Origin: Octopus sinensis
Lineage: Eukaryota
Reading direction: 5' to 3'
Assembly: GCF_006345805.1 (NCBI RefSeq)
Contig: NC_043000.1
Span: 146,506,001 to 146,570,000 of the forward strand
Length of the DNA: 64,000 nucleotides
Under the pieces are notes generated by a model. It searched no databases and was not told the origin of the DNA. It saw nothing but the letters and a program-made list of their open reading frames with translations. Numbering within the stretch: the first letter of the stretch is position 1; each line of letters begins with the position of its first letter. Both the position numbers and the translations under genes were made by a program. Positions 12,561-25,800 of this stretch are shown piece after piece.

Positions 12561-13221
12561 TGCAATATCTCTCACGCCGAAGGTAACTTTAATATATTCA
12601 ATATATTCAGAATATAAATCACTCGTGTTACATAGTTATCTATAGCCTTATGGTCGTTTTCTCCATGATTCTTTACGGTTTAATCATGCAAACTGCTCTT
12701 CGTTTATGAATATCCTCCAGGCTGTTTTACTCTACTGGGACACAAATATGTGTTACGGTTGTGCTTGTGACCCTCCATCCCTAAAAGAGATCAGATTTTA
12801 ATATATTTCAGTTTCCTTTAGTGTTATTAAGTAAAATATTTCGTTGCCATCTTTTTCCTAACAATAGTTTTTCAATGTAAAATTATTTTTTTATGAAGAT
12901 TTGTTTCAAACTCTGCTGTTTACCTCTAATCATTTTGTGGTCGATAAAATAAGTACCAGTTGAGCACTAAGATCAATATAATTGACTCGCTCCCTCCCCC
13001 GTAACTGCTGGCCTTGGGACAAAATCTGGATACAAATTCTAGTATTTGGCTACCTTTCTAATTTAGAATCCCAAACTTTCCGCAACTTTCAACAAGTAAA
13101 GCTTTTGTTGTCTGCAGCATTCATTACACCTATAATGATTTTGCCATACACATTTACACACACACACACGCACACATACACACTCACATAAACACACACA
13201 CACATATTTATATATTTATAT

Positions 13222-13400
13222 AGGCGCATACCTAGCTGTGTAGTAAGAAGAATGCGTGGTACCTTGGATGAGTGTCTTCTATTATAGCCTCGAGAAGATG
13301 AAAGCCTAGTGAACGGATTTGGTAGACGGTAACTGAAAGAAACCTGTCGTATATACATATATGTGTGTGTATGTGTGTGTGTATGCGTGTATGTGTATAT
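13222..13400 (+). mobile_element. Degraded 5' part of a group B SINE
   Basis: GGATTTGGTAGACGGTAACTGAAAGAAACCTGTCGTATA matches the group B body. Confidence 0.75.
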
Positions 13401-13403
13401 ATA

Positions 13404-13637
13404 TATTTCTTTACTACCCACAAGGGGCTAAACACAGACGGGACAAACAAGGACAGACAAAAGGATTATGTCGATTAGATCGACCCCAGTGCGTAACTGG
13501 TTCGTAATTTATCGACCCCGAAAGGATGAAAGGCAAAGTCGACCTCGGCGGAATTTGAACTCAGAATGTAGCGACAGACGAAATACGGCTACGCATTTCG
13601 CCCGGCGTGCTAACCTTTCTGCCAGCTCGCCGCCTTA
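13404..13637 (-). mobile_element. Group C SINE, full length
   Basis: Minus strand GGCGGCGAGCTGGCAG...GAGTTCAAATTCCGCCGAGGTCGACTTTGCC...CCCCTTGTGGGTAGTAAAGAAATA. Confidence 0.85.
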
Positions 13638-14227
13638 TGTGTATGTGTATATATAGGTGTGTGGTTGGTTGCACGCGTGCATGAAGGCGATTGAGCAAAC
13701 TCGATCGAACGTCATATAGAATGCTTTACGTCAAATCCCACCAAGTAATCATTACCTCTGATCCTCTCTGGACGTCCAGAAATAAAATGCTACTCAATTG
13801 AAGTAACTAGAAACGTAGCCGTTTTTCCAGCCGTTAACCTTCTAACAGCAACATCAGCAACATTAATAGCATTTACATGCACGAAGTGATGCTGGAAAGA
13901 TCCTAGCTTTGTGTAAATGAAACTGCAGGAGCATCAGTTCATTATGATTTCATTCTCAGATTCACACACTTATTGCAGCGGTCCTTCAGGTTTTCTAAGC
14001 CCTATAAAAGAACTCGAAATGTTGGGCCTCCAGCCAAAACTTTCGTGATACTCTTAAAGCCAAGGACTTTTCAGCATCCCCTCGTATATGCATTGATTTT
14101 CCCTTGGACAGCATCGGTGCCATAGAGAAGGGGCACTTAATTGCATGGATAAGTAGTAGTCTGGGTTGAAAATTTTTCTCCCGTTCTGTGCTTGGGCAGA
14201 AAAAAATATGTGTGTATTCATTCAACA

Positions 14228-14399
14228 AGGCGCAGGAGTGGATGTGTGGTAAGTAGTTTGCTAACAAACCACATGGTTCCGGGTTCAGTCCCACTGCGTG
14301 GCATCTTGGGCAAGTGTCTTCTGCTATAGCCCCGGGCCGACCAATGCCTTGTGAGTGGATTTGGTAGACGGAAACTGAAAGAAGCCTGTCGTATATATG

Positions 14400-14430
<31 letters not shown>

Positions 14431-14676
14431 ATGTGTGTGTGTGTGTGTGTGTTTGTGTGTCTGTTTTTGTCCCCCTAGCATTGCTTCACAACCGATGCTG
14501 GTGTGTTTACGTCCCCGCCATTAGCGGTTCGGCAAAAAAGACCGATAAAATAAGTAAATAAGTACTGGGCTTACAAAGAATAAGTCCCGGCGTCGATTTG
14601 CTCGACTAAAGGCGGTGCTCCAGCATGGCCGCAGTCAAATGACTGAAACAAGTAAAAGAGTAAGAGTAAAGAGTAA
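14228..14676 (+). mobile_element. Group B SINE (tRNA head, CORE-like domain, internal microsatellite, CR1-like tail)
   Basis: AGGCGCAGGAGTGG...GGGTTCAGTCCC...CTTGGGCAAGTGTCTT...(TA)n(TG)n...GCATGGCCGCAGTCAAATGACTGAAAC(AAGAGTA)n. Confidence 0.92.
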
Positions 14677-15246
14677 GTATAATAAATAGCAAAGCCAATT
14701 ATATATATATATACTGTATATATATATATATATATATATATATGCCTCTGTGTGTGTTTACTTACATTTCAGTATGTTTACATATGTATATACGTGTTCA
14801 TTTATAGTTATGTTCTGTGGGTATGTTTGTGTGTGTCTGTGTCTTTGCTTATACAACTGAGTTAATCTTTATTAATCTTTATATGTGTGAGTGCATGTGA
14901 ACGATTGAGAAGACAGAGAAAGCGAAACCATGCTCATCAGCCACATAAGAACACTACAAAACCGATATACGTTTTAATCCGAGAGTATATATTTTATTTA
15001 ATTTTGAACGAAGTCTTATAAATCTCAGTCTGTTTCTCTTTGTATTCACAGACATATTTTGCAGTAAGAATCTCACTTCTGAAGATGTCTACGAATACAG
15101 AGGGAAACAGTCTGCTACTTGTGTGCTTGAAAGGTTTGACTTAGAATTACATACGCACACAGGATCCTAACCCAATCACCTCTCCCCCTCTCCTCTCTTT
15201 CTCTCTCCTATATGTATATATAAATAAAATATATATGCATGTATGT

Positions 15247-15614
15247 CGCAGGAGTGGCTATGTGGTAAGTAGCTTGCTTACCAACCACATGCTTACGGGT
15301 TCAGTGCCATCTACTATAGCCTCTGGCTGACCAAATCTTGGGAGTAGATTTGGTAGACGGAAACTGAAGGAAGCCCGTCGTCTATATGTATATATATGTA
15401 TGTGTGTATATATGTTTATATGTCTGTGTTTGTGCCCTCCCCCCACAACATCGCTTGACAACTGATGCTGGTGAGTTACGTCCACCGTGAGATAGCAGTT
15501 CGGCAAAAGAGCCTGACAGAATAAGCACTAGGCTTACAAAGAATAAGCCCGGGGTCGATTTGCTCGACTAAAGGCGGTGTTCCAGGATGGCCGCAAGTAA
15601 AAGTATAAAAGAAT
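15247..15614 (+). mobile_element. Group B SINE, internally deleted variant
   Basis: Same modules as 14228 with a deletion after the B box and a shortened tail. Confidence 0.85.
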
Positions 15615-15622
15615 ATATATAT

Positions 15623-15668
<46 letters not shown>

Positions 15669-15770
15669 GGAGTAAACACATAAATGTGAAACAAGGTGGA
15701 AAAAAGAGTACTCAAATACCAGTGGTAGAGTAATATGCTTTATTTTAAGCAGCAGAAAATTCAACAAAAT

Positions 15771-15808
15771 CTGTTACTCTGAGTTTCTCGTTGCCGTTCA
15801 TCAGACAG
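15771..15808 (-). ncRNA. Minimal type-I hammerhead motif (P2 left arm)
   Basis: Reverse complement of 15824-15861. Confidence 0.7.
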
Positions 15809-15823
15809 TTTTTGCTAGAAAAA

Positions 15824-15861
15824 CTGTCTGATGAACGGCAACGAGAAACTCAGAGTAACAG
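15824..15861 (+). ncRNA. Minimal type-I hammerhead motif (P2 right arm)
   Basis: CTGT-CTGATGA-A-CG/gcaa/CG-A-GAAA-CT/cag/AG-TA-ACAG; GNRA-capped short stem II. Confidence 0.72.
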
Positions 15862-15894
15862 ATTTTGTTGACTTTTCTGCTGCTTAAAATAAAG

Positions 15895-16103
<209 letters not shown>

Positions 16104-16197
16104 CACGCTGGCTACAAGTAACGAGCAATAAGACTGAACCCAGAACTTTGTTGTTGGGAAGCCATCATATTTGCACACAGATTCGCCTCCGCTTATA

Positions 16198-16243
<46 letters not shown>

Positions 16244-16685
16244 CACGCGCGCTCGCACACAAACACATGTATATACATATCAGTGATTTTCTTTTAAATA
16301 CCACATCCTTCTTACCTCCTATTTCACATTACATTTGCGCATGCCAGATCCGTCTCCCCTCCACGCCATACTTTTACATATAATATTAATACGTCTACGC
16401 ACCATCATATGAGAGTCTCTCTACCTAATGTCTCTGCTTTCTCAGATTTGCACGTTTTCAAACACTTACAATTCCCAAGTAACTCCCGGCACCCCATAGT
16501 AGACAAACTTAATATTTCATTATGCCCCTCTCTATACATAGATACCTCCTATCCATGCACATGGAACCCTACCTATTCTACCGTTTCTAACTCTCCCTAT
16601 AGAACTGCACTTCCACCTAGCCCATAACCCTACTTTTTATCCCTCTACCTTCTCTCATTCATTTATTTTTGTGTTTAATGCCTTT

Positions 16686-16722
<37 letters not shown>

Positions 16723-16974
16723 ATGTGTATGTGTGTGTGCATGTGCATGTGTGTTTGTGTGTGGTATGTTATGAGAATTTATGGAAAGGTATCCCATAAA
16801 ACTCAACAAATATGTTAAATAATGGAGAAGATAAGTTATTAAAATTTAAATTTTGATATATGCATACGATCGTTTCAAACAGAGATATTAATATGTCCAT
16901 GCAATGTATAATAATTCAAATTAATTAAAATTATATGTATATATACATATATAGACACACACACACACACACAC

Positions 16975-17030
<56 letters not shown>

Positions 17031-17076
17031 GAACATGTGGGGTGAGGTGTATACTTATATATATATATATATATAT

Positions 17077-17634
17077 ATACTTTATAAATAGGGTTCAGCA
17101 ATAATTTGCTTCACCACATACCGAAGTTTAGAAATAGCAGTCATAAAATCTTAGCTATTCTTTCTACTTTAAAAGGGGCTCCGAGAAAAACCAAAGTACT
17201 TGAAAACAATCCACGCAGGCAGGGGATGGTGACTAACTCTCATTCGTATTTTGAATTTGGCGGCACTAGCACGGAATATGATCTCTCTGATTCAGTTAGG
17301 TGAAGAGATATTTTCAGTGCCTTCAAATTCAATATTTAATAACTTATAATTGAGGAATCCCACGCTGAAGAGCCGAAAATGATCGGGTAAGGTATAATTA
17401 TTTATTATTTATGATTTATATCGATCTAATTCCGAAACGCGCGTACGTGGTTAACCTAATATAGAAGGATTTTCGTTATTCTTCCCTTTTGCCTGCGTGG
17501 ATTGTTTTTAAGTACTTTGGTTTTTCTGGCAGCCCCTTTTAAAGTAGAAGGAATAGCTAAGATTTTTTTACTGCTATTTCTAAACTTCGGTATGTGGTGA
17601 AGCAAATCGTTGCTGAACCCTATTTATAAAGTAT
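17077..17634. mobile_element. Element with ~145-bp inverted repeats enclosing a hammerhead (family P3)
   Basis: Arms 17077-17221 and 17490-17634 are imperfect reverse complements; the 268-bp spacer contains the motif at 17360-17450. Confidence 0.85.
17360..17450 (+). ncRNA. Type-I hammerhead motif with extended stem II
   Basis: CCACG-CTGAAGA-G...GATCG/AT-rich loop/CGATC...C-GAAA-CGCGCG-TA-CGTGG; 5-bp stem I. Confidence 0.7.
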
Positions 17635-17724
17635 TACTTAAGCTTACCATGAAATGGCCCTTTTCATGCCGAATTCTACTTGGTGAAATTACTGATTACT
17701 TCTTAATTAACTAATTTTACCCTT

Positions 17725-18122
17725 TGGCTGTGTGGTAAGTAGCTTGCTAACCAACCACATGGCTCCGGGTTCAGTCCCACTGCGTGGCAGCTTGGGCAAG
17801 TGTCTTCTGCTATAGCCCCGGGCCGACCAATGCCTTGTGAGTGGATTTGGTAGACGGAAACTGAAAGAAACCTGTCGTATATATGTATATATATATATAT
17901 GTATGTGTGTGTGTTTGTGTGCCTGTGTTTGTCCCCCTAGCATTTCTTGACAACCGATGCTGGTGTGTTTACGTCCCCGTCACTTAGCGGTTCGGCAAAA
18001 GAGACCGATAGAATAAGTACTGGGCTTACAAAGAATAAGTCCCGGGGTCGATTTGCTCGACTAAAGGCGATGCTCCAGCATGGCCGCGGTCAAATGACTG
18101 AAACAAGTAAAAGAGTAAAAGA

Positions 18123-18124
<2 letters not shown>
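17725..18124 (+). mobile_element. Group B SINE, slightly 5'-truncated
   Basis: Matches 34815-35209. Confidence 0.92.
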
Positions 18125-18150
<26 letters not shown>

Positions 18151-18159
<9 letters not shown>

Positions 18160-18549
18160 TATTAGAGACAAAACCACTATTTTGCAAAACAAACAAGGAA
18201 AGACTTAATCAATACATAAATTTTAATAAATAGTCAAAAAAACCGCCACTACAATCGTTTCTTGTCTTGATCGACAATCTTCAGGTGGACTTCCAATAAG
18301 TCAAATTTGAAACTGACTTATTGGAAGTCCACCTGAAGATTGTCGATCAAGACAAGAAACGATTGTAGTGGCGGTTTTTTTGACTATTTATTAAAATTTT
18401 ATGTATTGATTAAGTCTTTCCTTGTTTGTTTTGCAAAATAGTGGTTTTGTCTCTAAATATATTTTATAATATTTTACTAAAAATTGGATTTAATCCTAAA
18501 TCTGATTTTTTTCCCTGTAAATTTGGATTTATTCCCTAATATTTATTAT

Positions 18550-18550
<1 letters not shown>
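18151..18550. mobile_element. Fold-back double-hammerhead element (family P1, copy 2)
   Basis: Arms 18151-18303 / 18314-18467 with a 10-nt loop; hammerheads at 18246-18288 (-) and 18329-18371 (+); same tail as copy 1. Confidence 0.9.
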
Positions 18551-18581
<31 letters not shown>

Positions 18582-18765
18582 CACACATACACAAACATAC
18601 TTATATCCTGATCATTTATTTATTTGTACGATAATATTCTCCACTGAGATGATTTGTTTTTGAAAAATATCTTTTGTTTTACTAGAGCCTGTGATGCCCA
18701 AATCGACTCCCAACAGCATTGTCTTTATATGTTTTTGCCTTTTATCATAAAATAGATTAACTCTT

Positions 18766-18970
18766 GCAGCGTGGAAGGTGTTTGTAAGCCATTTAAGAAA
18801 CACACAAAAGCCGTTCGATTCACTTCAACATTTAAGTTTAATTTGTCAAAATATTTTCGTCGCTATAAGACCGCGACCTGTTCACTGACAAAAATCCGTG
18901 CTGCATCAATTGCTTTCGTTCCAGCACACGATCTCAGATCAAATCACTTGCTATGCAAGTACATCTCCGT
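18766..18970. mobile_element. 205-bp insertion with 16-bp target-site duplication
   Basis: AAATAGATTAACTCTT at 18750-18765 and 18971-18986. Confidence 0.75.
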
Positions 18971-19949
18971 AAATAGATTAACTCTTTTATATATAAATAG
19001 ACGTATGTCCCTTATTTTAGATATCAAAAACAGTTCTTGATAGGTTTTTTTGTTTGAAAATCTCGGTTAAAGTATTTCAAGTTACTGTGTAATATATGAG
19101 AGACAACTAGAAGAGTAAACGCGTGCATTTATCTGATAGACAAAACTATTAACGACTTCGGTAATTTGAAACCCTTAATCAGATATAACTTACCGTCACT
19201 AAGTAAAAACAATAATCGATTCAAAGAGGGAATTATACGCTGTCGTTTGACCCGCTAAGATAGCAATTAGATCTTAAGACAGAACACATTAATTGATGTA
19301 TTCGTAGATAATTATTAAAATTGGATGACACGGCAGGTATGCATTTGTTCAGAGTGTTGACTTAAGACAAAACGGTTATTCAATTTTTTTACAGCTACTA
19401 ATCTAGTTGTTTATTATTGGCATTTAACATTTTCAATGCAAGAAACACGAAAATATTTTGTGGAGTTGACCACTGCAGTATTGGAACTCATAACAAAAAT
19501 GGACGAAATAATGATACAAGGTGTTAGAATATCGTTTCTTCCTATTCACAGCTTCTCTAAATACAAGGTATTGATCTTCGGCCATAAGCTAAAGAGGATT
19601 ATGGATTTCGTAATGATATGGCTTGCCAAACAAACCAAGATTTAATAACAATTGCGTCTATCAATGTAATCCCCTAATATATCGCTGTCATTCACTATTT
19701 TAATTAGTTTCATCGATCAACGATGTATAATTAAATATTTTCTTTGTTTCATTTTGTTTTTCGTCATTTGTTCTTTTTATTCACGACAGAAACGAAATTT
19801 AAATTGAATCAGAAAGATTTAATTAGGAGCCAATTTATTAACAAGTATTATTCTCAAAATGACCCAATTGAATCGTCATTTTCAAAAACAGTCTATAATA
19901 ACAAATATAAAACCGAATGATTTAGTAATGCGAATTCAGGAAGATTTCT

Positions 19950-22260
19950 CCACATCATTTAGTTCCTGAAATATAAGCGGTATGCAAAAATACAATAACG
20001 TTTCTTTTTCTCTTATGCCTTCTTGTAAAGTATACGGAAGCATTGACTTTTAAATGTATGATAGAGCATTTCCCCCACCTCTCTCATAATCAACATATGA
20101 GTCCTTCAGAAGAATGGTGTAAATAAAATCTTTTAGTTTCAAATCTTCACCGAAGACTTGGTCACTATAAAATGTGTCTTGGGAATGCTAACTTGGTAGA
20201 GGCCATCCCTCTCGAAAATATTCTGATAGAAGGAAATTAGTCTGGCAATTCAATTGAATCAAAAGTTTTTCTCATGTGACATCTATAAATCAATTTTGTG
20301 AAGGATAAATATCGTATTGATATATCCAAAGTTAGTAATAGTTAACATTTTAACTAATCATTACGTACTCTATCAACTCAGGAATATGAACTTATGTACC
20401 CTGTTAGCAAAGATATTAATGGTTTATAATTTACACGATTGGAACATCGCATCTAAGATCCTCTCGAGTTGACTCCAAGGTCATGATTTAAATCTTGATT
20501 CTATCTCATCTCGTGTATATTACTAATTTCCTTTCAAAAATTATCAATATTTCACTGTCGAATGTTCAATTATCTTGTTCATATTTAACTTAGTGCTTGC
20601 AACTATGCTAAAAATCAATAAGGTTTTCTTCATTAGACATTAAGATTAAATTTTACTCGAGATTCAGTACTAAGAAATACAGAATGCATCTGTCATACAG
20701 TACACCAATCCATTAGTATAATAAATAAATAAAAAATATTTCAAGAGATATCGCATAAGGTATTGGATTCTCTTGTAGAAAAAATTAGCAATGTAATACA
20801 ATAATTAATTATTGTTGCACTATGTCAATATAAAAAAAAATAGGACATAGCAGATTTTTCAGTCTGTGTCTTGTTCAATGAGAGCCAGATATCTTTTTTA
20901 ACAAGTTATATATACATTCGGGATCTTTATGTGAAAAGCCATTTGAATATATGTAAATATATGCTCAACCAGCGAATGTGCTTTATGACACCTCTCTTAG
21001 GCAACTTTATACCGCTTGAAGAATTTGTCTTCGAACGTTACTTTCTAAAGTAATTCATGTTTGTATCTACCAACATATGTCTGAGTTATTTTCACCCAAC
21101 CGACTTTTGTGGCGGAGGGCCATGAAACCACAAAAAAATCACAAAAAAGGATATTTCAAGTCTGTCTTTCAGGTGAGGAAATTGCAAGAGCGTTGGGAAA
21201 AGACGCGAATACGACAGGCTCTGGGAGCTTGTCATTATTCAACTGTTTCTGTAGCCTCAATTATTTCGTGAAAAGTTTTTTCTAATAACCAGAGCCCCAG
21301 TTTCCTTGCACACATTTCCGGTCAACAAGTAGCCTTGTACACAGCTTAAATGCTATAGGTATCACAAATATCATGTTTCCGTATAATAACCAAGTCAATT
21401 AGATAAATTTTTATTTTCTTTGTTACCACTGATGATTCAAGTTGTGTTTATGCTTAAGTATCTGATGGAAGAATGATTATCTATTAGGAGCTTCAGTTCA
21501 GAACATGTTTCCAGAAGGTGAAGACTATTGTTTTGTCCATGACAAAGAGTCTAAAGCAAGAAGACGTTTTGAGGTCATACATTTTCTGCAATTAAAGTCT
21601 TCAGATAAGATGATTTTGTCGCCAGTTGTAAGTGTAGCATTTCTAACATTCAGATAGAAAACGACTAAAGAGTCTTCCCTTGCATGAAGAAATATTGCAT
21701 ACACAGCGAAGAACGTTTCATGACAGCTGCAAGACAGCATTAGCTAAGATTCATGCTACAGCCACATTGGATGACAATTTATCCAGCATCTCAGCTAAGT
21801 TCCAGCATCTCATCTAAGCCAAGATGGGAAAGTCAATACACTCTCTTGTTTTTCACCAACCATATTACCAATTGAAAATAACACACAGCTAGGCATCACT
21901 TCAATTAACAGAATTTCCTCTGACATTCATCTCTCAGAAAGGGGTATCAAACTTAATTTTGAATTGGTTTCGTTATCTACAAAGAGCAGTACCCTGCTCA
22001 TGCTTATTGGATATTCTAACATTATCTAGGGTATTAACATACCAGCAATAGAGCTACAGATATTTTGTTTTCAAATTTTTTGCTTTCACTGACTGGAACA
22101 GCTGTCAGAAAGGGTAAATAGATCAGACTCCGGGACAGCCAAACTTTCTGACACATTTCCTAGTCTATTCTCAGAAAAATTAGCTAAGCACTGCTCTCTT
22201 TAAATAAGACTGCTCAAACTCAGAGGTTCCCCTCATTTCTTTAACTGCCAAGGTATACGA
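19950..22260 (-). mobile_element. Decayed RTE-type LINE (AP endonuclease + start of RT)
   Basis: Minus strand GDKIILSEDFN, ETCSELKLLIDNHSFH, LIDLVIIRKHDI, NYKPLISLL; many stops; boundaries approximate. Confidence 0.7.
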
Positions 22261-23164
22261 AAACGACGTTCACTTTAACATACTAACTCTTGATGTGTAG
22301 ATCTGTAACACTATGTTTCAATTTTGGCAAGCCTACATATTTCGTTATGCACCTATCACCAGGGGTGTTCAAGCAACACACACGATAATACTGAATTTTA
22401 GTATTAAAAAACACAATGGTATTGAATAGTACTAGCTATAAAATACCATAATACGATACGTTGTTTGAAAGGACTTGTATTTAGTAGAGATTATAACGAC
22501 ACAAGGCGATACAGCATAAATATCACGCTTTGTCCTGTGGCGGAAACGATCTACACAAGCCATACCTATATACATTAAAATACATACATATATAAATATT
22601 ATATATATGTATGCATGTAAATACATACACACGCATATATACCCACATATGGTTCTTCACATACACATATAGTACAAATTGATGCATGCTCATCAAAAGA
22701 TTCAATTTAACGCATTACAAATACAGTAGGACTGAATTAATATCCGCATACATTGAGATATATTCTCACTTACATGGTCATATATAAACAGGCAGCCAAT
22801 TAACTAGATTATATGTACATACTTTCATATACGGCTGTGAAGTGAAATACCTGTCTGTCTTATTAACATGACAACAAGTGAGACAAATAGAGATATTTTC
22901 ATACTAAATGAATTCGATATCGAAATGTCGAGAGAGTTAAATTCGTTTACTCTCTTTTCAATATTTAGCTTCGTTTATAACATTGAAATACATTCAGAGC
23001 GCTAGTATGTGATTGTCTATATAATTAAATAACTGCGATAGAATAAGCGGGACAATTTGCTTTCAGAAGTATGATTTGACTCACGGCAACATTCCGGATT
23101 GAATTAAACAGCACTAGGTATGTTGTTTGCACGTGAAATTGGTGTTGGACCAAAGTAGACAATA

Positions 23165-23303
23165 TATGCATGTATGTATGTATGTACGTATGTATGTATA
23201 AGTATGTATGTATGTGTGTATGTATGTATGTATGTATGTATGTATGTATGTATGTATGTATGTACGTATGTATGTACGTATGTATGCATGTATATGTATG
23301 TAC

Positions 23304-23362
<59 letters not shown>

Positions 23363-23445
23363 GAGAGAGAGATAGATATAAATATATATATACATGCATA
23401 CGTACATGCATACTGATGCATATGTAGAGGCATGCATATATATAT

Positions 23446-23493
<48 letters not shown>

Positions 23494-23700
23494 GAGAGAG
23501 AGATAGATATAAATATATATATACATGCATACATACATACATACATACATACATGCATGCATACATACATACATGCATGCATACATACATACATACATAC
23601 ATGCATGCATACATACATACATGCATGCATACATACATACATACATACATACATACATACATACATACATACATACGTACGTACATACATTCATATATAT
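23165..23700. repeat. (TATG)n/(TA)n/(CATA)n compound microsatellite with internal ~45-bp duplication
   Basis: CAGAGAGAGAGAGATAGATATAAATATATATATACATGCATAC occurs at ~23359 and ~23490. Confidence 0.92.
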
Positions 23701-24802
23701 TTATACATGGGATATGTATGCGTCTATGCGTATGCGGATAATTGATTTTAAATGCACAAGAAGCAAAATCAATGAATAGACCATTGACTAAATACATAAC
23801 ACAATGCAAATGTAAAGTATAACGTTTGGTATAATCTTTTGCCACTATCATCGAAGATACAACTCTAGTGGATTATTTAAACTTTGAAATGGAGGCATGA
23901 ATTATAGCTCAAGTAAGTTGCTCTCAAATGAAAAAAATGGAGGTGAAATTTGTCAAAAGGAAGCAATGAACGAGAACGTTTTAAGAGAATATATCGGTTG
24001 TCAATGTTTAATGTAATGTGAAAGATAATAAGACCTCTGTTGTGGAATGTCCTCTCATGCAAGTGCATCTGAACAATATTTTCGAGAAAAGCGAATACTC
24101 GTAAACCGTCCCAGGACTAAAGGTACCTAAGAGACGAGTTAGTGGTGGTAAACAGATTATATTAATCATCCAAGTAATTTATGACAGGATTTAAATTGAG
24201 AGAGGAAAAAGCTTAAATAAATACGTGAGGTACTTCGCCCGTTACACTTTGAGATCTCCCAGTCAGTCATCAAAATTTGACGGTATACAGACAGAGTCTC
24301 AGATGTTCCATGATTTTAATTAAAGTACAAGAGATTGAACAGTATAGAGGTGTATACTATTAACTTATTATCATGTAGAATGTGATTTCATAGTCTGTGA
24401 AAAGGCGATATTTTTCGAATAAAATATACAATCCGATTTCTATTCAGTTTCTATTCACAATATACAAAGGGAGCTGATGCTCTGGAAAATGAAATCAGCT
24501 GCAGACGTCATGCAGTTAAATTGAAACCAGGATCTCATAGTCGCGAAACCGAAATTCTTAGTCACTTGGCGACAGTGTACTTACATGTACGATACTTTAT
24601 ATGTATTAGAAATAAATAATGAACAGACAAAACATGTGTTATCACTTTAGGGCATGGAATTTACAATTCAAGTATAATTGCAGCATTGTTAGAGTAAATA
24701 AAAGAGCAAGGAATCATGTGTTTCTTACAGCTGTTTCTAAAATAGCTGTGCATATGGTGCAAAACACATTCATGAATGATTTCTATACAGTTGTATCTTC
24801 AT

Positions 24803-25224
24803 AGGCGTAGGAGTGGCTGTGCGGTAAGTACCTTGCTTACCAACCACATGGTTCCGGGTTCAGTCCCACTGCCTGGCACCTTGGGCAAGTGTCTTCTACT
24901 ATAGCCTCGGGCCGACCAAAGCCTTGTGAGTGGATTTGGTAGACGGAAAATGAAAAAGACGCCCGTCGTATATGTATATATATATATATATATATGAGTG
25001 TATATGTTTGTGTGTCTGTCTTTGTCTTTGTACCCCCAACATCACTTGACAACCGATGCTGGTGTGTTCACGTCCCCGTAACTTAGCGGCTCGGTGATAG
25101 AATAAGTACTAGGCTTACAAAGAATAAGTCCTGGGGTCGATTTGCTCGACTAAAGGCGGTGCTTCATCATGGCCGCAGTCAAATGACTGAAACAAGTAAA
25201 AAAGTAAAATAGTAAAGAGTAAAG
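24803..25224 (+). mobile_element. Group B SINE
   Basis: Same modules as other group B copies. Confidence 0.92.
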
Positions 25225-25289
25225 TGTATATATATATATTTATTCATTTTCCGTGTTAATTGTTAACAAGGTAAAATACACTCATCTAT

Positions 25290-25293
25290 ATAA

Positions 25294-25384
<91 letters not shown>
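25290..25384. repeat. (GATA)n microsatellite
   Basis: Direct reading. Confidence 0.95.
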
Positions 25385-25385
<1 letters not shown>

Positions 25386-25389
25386 CTTA

Positions 25390-25800
25390 TTTGGAAAAGC
25401 ATGCGTGGCTTTCGATCATATAATAATATAAATAATATATAAATATATGCATATATACATACATATTTGTAGATACTTACATATACATGTATATATACAT
25501 GCACCAATGGGTAAAGAACATCAAAAAACGTTGAATACAATGAGAAACGAAAACATAAAAACGAAAACAGAAACAAACATTTTTTGTAATAACGGGAAAA
25601 ACAAAGAGAGAAACGAGACATGCAACATAAAGAATATTCCCCTTCTTCTGTTGTCCCTGTTTCATCTACTCAGCAATTCGAAAGCAAGGACAATACACGA
25701 CCTCTGTGAAACAGTCCTTCCCGGAAAGCACATTAAATCTGGGATTTTTTGCGGCGGGTGAAAGTGGTAACACGAACAGGACATTGAGAACAAAGCAGTA
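25390..25800. repeat. Interspersed repeat family D (related copies at ~26140-26280 and ~28010-28255)
   Basis: Shared TACATACATAT(A/T)TGTA(C/G)ATAC(C/T)TACAT, GAGAAACGAAAACATAAAAAC and GAATATTCCCCTTC motifs. Confidence 0.7.

Noticed and set aside
15075-15116. CTGAAGA...GAAACAGTC hammerhead candidate
   Set aside because: Stem I does not pair and stem II is weak; not counted.
25625-25660. Hammerhead in family D (CAGAAGA/CAGATGA-AGGGGAATATTC on the minus strand, also ~28215)
   Set aside because: The core is mutated in both copies and I found no downstream GAAA or stem II closure.
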